From the NCBI GenBank assembly GCA_951406725.2, contig OX597816.1, positions 128,154,001 to 128,218,000 of the forward strand: a DNA stretch of 64,000 nucleotides, written 5' to 3'. This document shows, one piece after another, positions 54,765 through 64,000 of the stretch. The notes beneath the pieces were generated by a model, which was given only the letters and a program-made list of their open reading frames with translations, searched no databases and was not told the origin of the DNA. Made by a program: the position numbers and the translations under genes. Position 1 is the first letter of the stretch. Each line of letters begins with the position of its first letter. The stretch comes from Octopus vulgaris (Eukaryota).

Positions 54765-55072
54765 CGGTACGTAAAAAGCACCATCTGAACGTGGCCAATG
54801 CCAGCACCACCTTGACTGGCTTCCGTGCCAGTGGCACGTAAAAAGCACCAACTGATCATGGCCATTACCAGCCTCGCCTGGCACCTGTAACGGTGACACA
54901 TAAAAAGCACCCACTACATTCATGGAGTGGTTGGCATCAGGAGGGGCATCCAGCTGTAGAAACACTACCAGATCAGACTGGAGCCTGGTGCTGCCTCCTG
55001 GTTTCCCAGACCCTGGTTGAACCGTCCAACCCATGCTAGCATGGAAAACGGACGTTAAACGATGATGATGAT
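54765..55072 (+). mobile_element. RTE-LINE 3' UTR fragment
   Basis: Tandem units plus canonical (GAT)n end. Confidence 0.85.
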
Positions 55073-55399
55073 AAAAATCAAAGAAATTATGATCTATGAA
55101 TGGTTAAGATGTTTTTTTCAGTTTTACTTCATATTTATCTTTGTGGGGTTTTTTTTTTAAGTAGTTTGATCTGGAGAAAGGGATTGTTTTCATAGCCTTC
55201 TCAGGCTCTTCAAAACCAATGAGATTGATTATACCATTTGGTATTTGTTATAACACTTAGCATTCTGAGTTCAAATCCTAATAAGGTCAACTTTGCCTTT
55301 CATCCTTCACAGGTTGATATACTTGACTGTTCCCTTTCCCCAAAGTTTTGACCTTGTGTCTATATGAAAAAAAAAAATCAATGTTCTTGAACCAATGCA

Positions 55400-56560
55400 A
55401 GTTGATAGTTACCAGAAAGAATAGGAGTAGGGAGGGTATTCTAGAGATGTGATGTTCTATGGAGATGGAAGAATTGGATTTAGTAGTTTGTGCAGGAATT
55501 TGAGAGGAGTAAATACAATATGAATGAGAAGAGGAGAAACAAGTGAGCTATGAGGAACTGAGTGAAGGTGACAGTGATATAAGAACAACCAGCTCCAAAG
55601 AGCCGTGGTCAAAGTAGTAGTGATAGGTAGAATGAAAAAGCAGCACACCTGTAGGCCAGAGTTTAGAGAGTGTTAATGAATTACTTCATGCCAAACGACA
55701 TTAGGTGACCCCCCCACTTTTGTCTTTGATGTTATCTAAAATATCTATATGAAAAGGAGCAACCCTATCCCAAATATGAGAGAAGTATTCCCGTGTAAGT
55801 TTCTTTAAGATTTGAAGGATTGGTGGTTGATGTGGATGGTGGGAAAGATGTTCAGATTCTGAAGAAGGTCAGCTTTGTGATGAAACCTTTGCTAAGTAGA
55901 GGATGTGTAATTGCCAGGAAAGTTCTTCAGTGAAAGAGAGACCTAATATTTGTGGTGAATTTGAGGGTTCTGGTGGCATACTGTTTACATTTAGAACAGG
56001 AATATGATATCGTTTTTATTGTGTGTAGTTATGTCTTTGTGTTATTGAAAGGAACAAGATTGGCACAGTTACTTTGTAGAATGTTTTCAAAGACTATAAT
56101 CAATAAGTTAAAGCAGGTTTAGCATATGATAGCTGTGAATAATGCTTGAATGCATAAAGTCTGAGAGGAACAAAAGATGGTACTATCTGTATAGAAATGG
56201 ATATGTTTGAATTTAATCCCCCTATGACTTTTATTGAGTATTATGACTTTTATTGAGTATCTTGACTTTTATTAGGTAGTTCAGCTTTTATTGGTTACTA
56301 CTTTGGAAGATGTAGGCAATTGCCCTCAACTAAATTTTAATCACTGTATTTGGTTGGTTACTGCTACTAGATTATTAAAAGAACAGATGAAGACAAGGAA
56401 TTTAGTATCAGGATTAAAAAAAAAAAAGGCTAGACTTACTACCCAGCGTTGCCAGGTAAAGTATTCATGGAATTGTTTGTCAGTTTGTAGAATAGGAATT
56501 CATGGACTTATTTAATTGGAACTGTCCAAACAATAGTCATCAATTTAATGTCTGAAGAAA
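55400..56560 (-). mobile_element. decayed CR1-group LINE RT fragment
   Basis: Minus LTREYFSHIWDRVAPFHIDILDNI at ~55730-55800. Confidence 0.55.
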
Positions 56561-56719
56561 ATTGTGAGTATGAATACATTGTCTGAAAGGATATTGATAA
56601 TGTTTTCTGTAATAAAGAATAGAGACAACTTTACCTCTTGGTTATTTAAAGGGGAACGTTTCTGGTAGATCTATGTCAGTGTGTGTGTGTAGGTCAAAAA
56701 GACAACGTTTTTTTTTCCT

Positions 56720-56750
<31 letters not shown>

Positions 56751-56853
56751 AAGACTGTATGTGCATATATATCACAGATAGCGTACGTGTGTTTGTGTTA
56801 ATAGAGTTCTAGTATTATTAAGATGAATACATTGTCTGAAAGGATATTGATAA

Positions 56854-57158
56854 TTATGGAGATGTACTTGCATAGCAAGTGACTTGATCTGAGATCATGC
56901 ACTGAACAAAAACAATTCAGCATGGGAGATGCTTGTAAGCCATTTAAGAACACACTAAAACCCTTAGTTTCACTTCAACATTTAAATTTAGTTTGTGTCA
57001 AAATATTTTCGTCACTTTGAAACCACAACCTGTTTACTGGCAAAACTTCGTGAGCGTCGAAAATATTCTTGACACAAATTAAATTTAAATGTTGAAGTGA
57101 AACTAAGGGTTTTTGTGTGTTCTTAAATGGTTTACAAACATATTCCACGCTACAGTTC
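56854..57158. mobile_element. 305-bp PLE-like insertion with internal inverted repeat and 10-bp TSD
   Basis: ATATTGATAA at 56844-56853 and 57159-57168; arms ~56930-57012 and ~57057-57141. Confidence 0.7.
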
Positions 57159-57808
57159 ATATTGATAAATGTTTTCTGCAATAAAGAATAGAAACAACCT
57201 ATGTCAGTGTGTGTACGTCAAAAAGTCGATGTTTTTCTTTTTCTTAGAGAGTGATAGAGAGAGAGCTAGCGTGAAGACTATGTGTGTTTATATGTCACAG
57301 ATAGCGTACGTGTGTTTATGTTGACCTGTTGGGTTACCAGGAAAGTCTGAGTTTACCAGCAACGGAGTTTTGTTTCGTGGGGTTTTTTTTTCTTTTCCAG
57401 ATTATTTTGTATGCTTTCAACGAATGTGACATCGAAATCATATGTAAACGGATCCTTCCCCGCTACAAAAGCAAAGATTTAACTGCTGTTTCTTGCACGC
57501 CCTTTATCGCAAATAGCTGTTACGTGGTAGCAGGGCGTGCTAGAAATAGCAGGCAAATATTTGGAGGTGAGATACATTGAATGCACTCGAAAAAAACAAC
57601 GGAAAAAAATTATTTCACACCGAGGTTATGAATGGGTCTTTTACAAAATATTTACCGTATTTTTAAAGTAATTTTCACTTTAAAATATCTTTTAAATATA
57701 CAAAAAAAAAGTTTGTAATGGTATTCACTTGAAAAATAATTAAAAAACACTAAAATATAGTCTTTAAAGAAAGCTAAAATATAGATACTTACTGTACAAA
57801 CAACTTAC

Positions 57809-57815
57809 ATTTTTG
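57809..57815 (-). other. candidate 3' end of exon 1 with split start codon (CAAAAAT|GTAAGT)
   Basis: Consensus donor GTAAGT; AT joins the G at 49520 to form an in-frame ATG in AAAATG context; region is CpG-rich. Confidence 0.5.
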
Positions 57816-59425
57816 GGTACTAGTCGCGGAGACTAGACCCGGTGCGCGCAGACGTGCATCCGCGCTAGCCAGTCGTAGGTAGTCGATCCTACAGCGACTT
57901 GCGTATGCAAATGAGCTGATTGGCGCAACATGTTGTTATATATATATATTGTATTGAGTATTAAAGGAAGTAGTGAGTACTTAGTATGAAAGATTAAGAA
58001 AATGAGAGAGACTGAAACAACGTGTTAACGATACAAGATACTTTATTCGACTGCCGTTGTTGTACAAGTTAATTGTTTTGGCGGGAAACAAAGTGAAAGT
58101 CCTTTTATCAAGGGAGACAATGGGCGACGTTGATTGTTCATGTTTGTTGTGATGATTATATAACACAACACTGCAAAAACTAAGTTAATAGCGAGCCCCT
58201 ACTGAAGCTCAGGAAACATTTTTCAACGATATACGGTGTATATTATTTTAAAGACAATTGCGTTTTTTTTTTTCGTTACAAAACAATTAGAAGCATTGAA
58301 AAAAAAGCAAAACAACCTTAAGGACAGTCAAACATTTTTTTTTTTTTCAAAGTAGACCACTACAGGCGACAATTCACTCGTGTTTACTTTGAATAGCTAC
58401 GGCAAACTGCAGCATGAAAATTCAAAAAAAAGTTTTTAAAAATTGGCTTAACCCCTCTCCAACAAGGTAATTTTACTGTAGGCTTCAACAGGAAAATCGG
58501 TTACTGGTGACAAGCCAACAACGTGGGGTCAGAATTTAGTTGCCAGGCAGATAGAGGAAGGGTAGTACAGTGACAGATCACAGACGAAGATAACACTAAT
58601 TGCCTCGTATGAAATGGTTCACTCTGTTAACTTATGAGGCTCCTGTCAACGACCAAGTCTCTTCAATGTAAACTTATAGTAAACCAAATTTCCCCCACGT
58701 AGAAATAAAACATTTCTATGAAGTAAAGAGTTACATTACGTCTGGTTAAAAATAAACGCCTTTGATCAGGTCTGCACGACCAGGGCAGTCTTGGGACTGG
58801 GAACTGTTCAGCTAAAGTTAAAGACGAGAGGTCAGTTGGGTCTTTGGAGAAACTGAAAACAAGAAGCAAACACAGACCTTGTACAACTTCGGTCAAGAGA
58901 TATCTTCCACTGAGCTGTTAGAAATAGCAGCCGAATTTTTTTTTTTAAGTCAAACTGAACAATGCAGTATTGGATTTACAACAAAGCGGGATGGCCACGA
59001 CCAAAATGTCTAATAATTTAGGGTTGGTCAGGGGTTAAATTCCAGTTGAAAGAGAACGAGCATAGCTGAATGGTTAACGAAGTTTGCCGTAGCTATTCAA
59101 AGTAAACACAAGTGAATTGTCGCCTGTAGTGGTCTACTTTGGAAAAATAAATGTTTGACTGTCCTTAAGGTTGTTTTGCTTTTTTTCAATGCTTCTAATT
59201 GTTTTGTAACGAAAAAAAAAAAAAAACGCAATTGTCTTTAAAATAGTATACACCGTATATCGTTGAAAAATATTTCCTAAGCTTCAGTAGGGGCTCGCTA
59301 TTAACTTAGTTTTTGCAGTGTTGCGCCAATCAGCTCATTTGCATACGCAAGTCGCTGTAGGATCGCCTACCTACGACTGGCTAGCACGGATGCGCGTACC
59401 GGGTCCAGTCTCCGCGACTAGTACC
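57816..59425. mobile_element. non-autonomous foldback DNA transposon, Merlin-like
   Basis: Perfect 8-bp TSD CATTTTTG (57808-57815 and 59426-59433); termini GGTAC..GTACC fit GGNRM; ~345-bp TIRs (57816-58408 with insert; 59081-59425). Confidence 0.85.
57931..58165 (-). mobile_element. solo LTR (235 bp) in the left TIR
   Basis: TGTT..AACA ends; 5-bp TSD CAACA; empty site GGCGCAACACTGC preserved in the right TIR; AATAAA on minus at ~58042. Confidence 0.8.
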
Positions 59426-59524
59426 CATTTTTGAAATCACATTCACTTAAAAATATTTATAAATGATTAAAATATTGTGTATGTCAAAAAGGCGACGAGA
59501 GCACGAAACTGTTTGTGTTGATTC

Positions 59525-59581
59525 ATACGTCATGACATTTATTACGTCATATGTGTGTGTATTCTGTATGTGTTGACGTCA
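59525..59581. promoter_or_regulatory. cluster of CRE/ATF-like sites
   Basis: TGACGTCA at 59574-59581, TTACGTCA at 59542-59549, ACGTCA at 59527-59532. Confidence 0.4.
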
Positions 59582-59600
59582 TGGAAGCCATGTTTTTCTG

Positions 59601-59810
59601 GTGACCGGTAATAAAGTTACAGGAAAAAGGTCGCAATAATAAAGTCACAATTAACTTATGGTGACCAGTAATAAAGTCACAGCAAAAAAAAAGTCATAAT
59701 TAATTGATGGGATCCATCCCCCCAGGAAAAAAAAAATCCCCCCCCCCACACGCACACACACCTCGGACAAAACCCCTGTGACTTTTTCCTGTATTTTTTT
59801 TTTTACCTGG
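59601..59810. mobile_element. small MULE-like terminal-repeat derivative
   Basis: Repeated GTGACC(G/A)GTAATAAAGT(C/T)ACAG and inverted CCTGTGACTTTTTCCTG. Confidence 0.4.
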
Positions 59811-61644
59811 ATTGGGTTTTTTTTGTTAAGAAATAACAAACAAATTGTATTTAATCGTTTCCATTAATAAATAAAATTCGTACTGCCCTGCATAAAGTAA
59901 GTATCAAAATACATACGTAAAAAAAAAAAATTAAGATACGGTATACTATTTCTGAGATATTTCAGGTACAAAATGACATCTAGAGTTTTAGAATTATTAA
60001 GATAAGCTCAATTTTAATTATCAAATTAGCACAATATCCAGTTTAAACTGGTATTCAAAAATATCACAAGAAAACAGGTTGTTTCATGAACATACATGGA
60101 AGTAATGTTTTTGTAACAACACTCAAAGTTTTTGTAATAGGAGGGGCAAAGTTTGGTTTAATCAATCTTAGTTTATTATTGCTATTTTTTATTTTTTTTT
60201 ACCAAATACTAACTGATGTTTTGACACATTTACATAAATCACCAAGATTGATCACTTACTGACCCACTCCATCAATTCTTACTGTTGCAAGTAACTGAAG
60301 CATAATTGAAGAAAGTTTCTTTGGCACTTGTGTAGCTGAAGAATCTAGCACTTGTATAACTTGGGGATTCTCTTGCCTTAAGTCAGCACAACTTAATCAC
60401 TAACTGATGTAGGCAGTTGAATAAGGAGACTTAAGCAATTAACTCCATGTTGTTTACAAAAGGTAAATATTCATTGTTAGTTTTTGTTCTCTTTTTTTTA
60501 CTGGCATCAAAAAATTAAAAGTAAACCGAGTTTGGTGACTTTTAATACTGAAATACAATGCACAAACTTGATCCCCTGGAACATGGTGCTTGATATCTTA
60601 CAATGAGTACCACCTTATCTTCATTACAAAGGGAGTTAACGAAGTAATAAACAAAACAAAAACAGAATTTTACTGCAGTTCTAGGTTAATTCCACTACGG
60701 TAAATTTCACTATAGGTAATATGAATACACTTTAGCTCACATTTTATTCATATATTTACATAAAAATGATGGCGAGTACATCAAAATCAGACAGATCTTC
60801 AAATCCATTGACAACGTCATTAATTGGTAAAAATGCAAAAGCACAAAAACACTTAATTTTAAGCTGTAAACTTTCATCCGTGTTGTATCGCCTACTCTCA
60901 TTAAGTGCACATATCTTCCACCAAATAGACTGTCCGAGATGAAAAACACACCCAACTACTTCTAAATGAGGAAATACAGAAACATATGAATCATGGAGAG
61001 CTTTTTTCGAAGTCCTTGAGACAGGTCAAGGGTTGACAATTTGCCCTTAAATCCTGCACAGCAGACAAAACATGATGGCATGAGGCTTCTTTTTAGTCAG
61101 GAAGTAAGGAAAATAGCCTGGGCTCGCATTACCCTTCAGTGATGGTATGTAGCATGAAAAGCTGACACCACAAAATAGGAGACACATTAAAAGTCCCATC
61201 ACAGGACCAATTTTCAGAGCTTTCTAGATCATCCAAGCCTTTTTCTGAGAAAAGAACTAAAGTTCTGTCTGAGTCATCAATGCTAATGTCGAAGATCAAA
61301 AACTAGGACCTATTTTCTAAGTACTTAACTGCATCAGGAATTTCAACCCTTAAACAACAAGTTGGAAATGCTGGTATTCCTAAAGCGTGTTGCTTCCAGT
61401 TACGTATGTTACGTGAAATTCTAGGAATATTTTGCAACAATGTCTGTGCTTCCTCATCGAGATTTTGTACAGAAGTAGCTATTACTTCCCACGAAGATAC
61501 TGTGCCCGTTCTCATTACTCCACTTTTCATTGAATTAACTGCCTTTCAGGCATTAAAGTCTACACTGATTGCTGAGTGATTATGGGAGCCTTTGAAAAAA
61601 TAACTTCTGGTACACTGGAGTTGAAAGTGGTATGTAGTCTAGTC

Positions 61645-62146
61645 TGTTAGTGAATTTTTTTCCCCACGATGTTCTGGACCCCAGTTATGAACTCATTTAC
61701 ATACAATCAGAGCTCAACTATCAAACTAATTTATGAGTGCATAACAAGTGATGAGCGATAAGATAAGGTCACTTGGATAAGGAATGACCATGCTTGTTGT
61801 TCTTGTTTTTGTTTCAACCATGGCTGCCTCTGCGTAGTTATCTGTGTTGTTTACTTTGTAAAGCAGTAAGTGGAGAGGGCTGCTAGCACATCACACTCTA
61901 CCCACATCTTTACCATATGGGGCCCTAACAAAATCCGATAATAGGTATAGATGCAAATCTCTCCAATTCCTTGTCTCCTTCTAAAATCAGGCATAACTTA
62001 TCAATCGGGTGACTTACAACACCGTTCTTCGTCTTGAGTTGACTTGGTAGAATGCATTTGTTAACTTGACAAGGTCAGCTCTGATTGGCTGTGTGCAAAT
62101 GAATTCAATACTGGGGTCTGGAATTGTGGGAAAAAAATTTTGCAAC
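61645..62146. mobile_element. MITE with ~75-bp diverged TIRs inserted in the FLYWCH coding region
   Basis: AATTTTTTTCCCCACGA..GACCCCAGT..CATTTACA..CAATCAGAGCT is inverted at 62075-62146; splits the zinc finger between C and HNH. Confidence 0.7.
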
Positions 62147-62329
62147 TTGGCAACCTTTTTAAAAACGTTCACAACACCAATATGTTATTGTTTTGCTACT
62201 GTTAACTCCATTCTTTTCGTATCTATGGTTCTCTTCATCGCAAAGCTTATGTCTGTTCTTCTCTGATGTTATAAATGTTGCCATGGTTGAGGGTTTCAAA
62301 GTTCAAAGTTAAACTGAATAGGAAAAAAA

Positions 62330-63043
62330 ATATCTTTTCCTTTCGAACAGCAGTTTTCAACACAATTTCTAGTTAACTAAACACTTTTAAACTTCGTATA
62401 CTGGTAGAATGTGTCAAAATAAAACATTTTTTTCTCTTGGCTTTCTTGAGAAAATTGTAATTTGTAAGTTTAATTTTTCGAATTTTAATCAATCAATCGC
62501 CTCAATTGAGCTAAAATCATTTGCTGCCTCTAAAACCGAGACAACATCCTGTCACTAACCCTAACCCTAAATTTTAGCCTTTCGTTTTTTTTTCTTAATT
62601 GTTAAATTAATTTAATTGTTACGCGTGTCTAAAATTCGTTTTGTTTTTTGTTTTGAGATATACGTGTATTGTTTAAACTATTTTCCATTGCTTTAGAAAA
62701 AAAAACCCGAAAGCAATGGAAAATAATTTAAACAATTAACAAACAAAATAATTCTATAATTTTATACACACGCTTTCTGTACGTAAACATTCCGTACGTA
62801 AACATAAGTGACAGGATGTTGTCTCAGTTTTAGACGCAGCAAATGATTTTAGCTCAATAGAGGCGATTGATTGGTTAAAATTCGAAAAATTAAACTTCGT
62901 TAAACTTACAAATTACAATTTTCTCAAGAAAGCCAAGAGAAAAAAATGTTTTATTTTGACACATTCTACCAGTATACGAAGTTTAAAAGTGTTTAGTTAA
63001 CTAGAAATTGTGTTGAAAACTGCCGTTCAAAAGGAAAAGATCC
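62330..63043. mobile_element. young MULE-type foldback MITE
   Basis: ~225-bp near-identical TIRs (62332-62555 and 62807-63043); 9-bp TSD GGAAAAAAA (62321-62329 and 63044-63052). Confidence 0.9.
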
Positions 63044-63457
63044 GGAAAAAAATTGGCAGTACGGTGAAATTCAGTTAAAGAATTAGTAACAATGGCATAA
63101 ACCTATACTTTAACTAATGTCTAATTAGTTGAGAAGTGTGTAACAAAGGCGTGTGTAATTAGATTTCTATAGACTGTTTAATGTAGTTGAATTTCCCTTA
63201 GTGGAATATACCTAGCGTGAAATTTTACCGTAGTGGAATTTACCAGTCACGTTAACTGCTTAGTCTGGTCTGCATAGGCATGGACATATGCTGTCCTTAA
63301 CACCAAAATGTATTTTGTATAATGTGATAATTGTCATTGGTAATACACAGCTATGGGAAAGCAGACTAGGAGACAGCATTGTTAAAGAGAGAATGGCCAC
63401 TTTAATATGTTTCCATACCTTTACTTCTTCAACAAGTTGTATATAAATATATATATA

Positions 63458-63808
63458 TTATTACGGCACTCCATTGGTTACGACGACGAGGGTTCCAGTT
63501 GATCCAATCAACGGAACAGCCTGCTTGTGAAATTAACGTGCATGTGGCTGAGCACTCCAAAGACGTGTACCCTTTACGTAGTTCTCGGGGAGATTCAGCG
63601 TGACAGGGTGTGACAAAGCTGGCCCTTTAAAATACAGGTACAACAGAAACAGGAAGAAAGAGAGAGAGAAAGTTGTGGTGAAAGAGTACAGCAGGGTTCG
63701 CCACCAACCCCTGCTGGAGCCTCGTGGAGCTTTATATGTTTTCGCTCAATAAACACTCACAACGCCTGGTCTGGGAATCGAAACCGCGATCCTGACTGCG
63801 AGTCTGGG
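63458..63808 (-). mobile_element. tRNA-derived SINE family C, CpG-intact
   Basis: B box GGTTTCGATTCC on minus; body shared with 16545-17005. Confidence 0.85.
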
Positions 63809-64000
63809 CATATATATATATATATATGAGTGTGTGTGTATACAATAAATGAATTGAATTGAAAAAATGTCCGGTATTGTGTATGTGATAATTTAAAGTT
63901 TCCACGGTGTAAAGCAGAAATAATATATTAATTATAAGATAAGTTCATAGTTGTTACAAGCAGAAAACGTGAGAACACAAGGCAGTTCTATGTAGCAGCT

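Larger units (their letters stand above)
60677..63250 (-). mobile_element. defective Mutator-like (MULE) transposon with FLYWCH plus DDE transposase
   Basis: ATG at 62284 MATFITSEKNRHKL..YEK..TYWCC..KGC..RLHT..HNH; WSCDGTF..QLFMLH..LLPD; KDFEKAL..GCVFHLGQ; TIR core GGT(T/A)AATTCCACTACGGTAAA; possible 9-bp TSD TTTTACTGC/GTTAACTGC. Confidence 0.88.

Noticed and set aside
54890-54965. Resemblance of the RTE tail (GGAGTGGTTGGC..AGGAAGGGCATCC) to sequence I recall beside RTE twister ribozymes
   Set aside because: It lacks the GUCCCAAGC loop and UAA cleavage context; I could not build the fold

Overview
AT-rich, repeat-dense eukaryotic genomic DNA. The SINE and RTE families look like octopus/coleoid cephalopod repeats, but this is from recall and not a search. 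Most of the ORF track is microsatellite or dead-transposon noise. The window holds decayed DNA transposons (mariner, Tc1, DD37D/maT, a FLYWCH-MULE with two nested inserts, hAT/piggyBac/pogo-type MITEs), LINE remnants (RTE, R4/Dong-like RLE, CR1-group), three tRNA-derived SINE families and several Penelope-like (PLE) remnants. There are two main signals. First, about nine minimal type-I hammerhead ribozyme (HHR) motifs lie in different PLE-like terminal repeats, most in inverted arrangement; they have palindromic stem III and covarying core pair 3-8 (C-G, U-A, probably G-C). Second, a probable minus-strand host gene has its ATG split by intron 1 (AT at 57810-57809, G at 49520). A 1.6-kb Merlin-like foldback element sits 5 nt upstream of that ATG; it carries a solo LTR and an outward-facing CCAAT plus octamer motif. 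The gene product is not identified.
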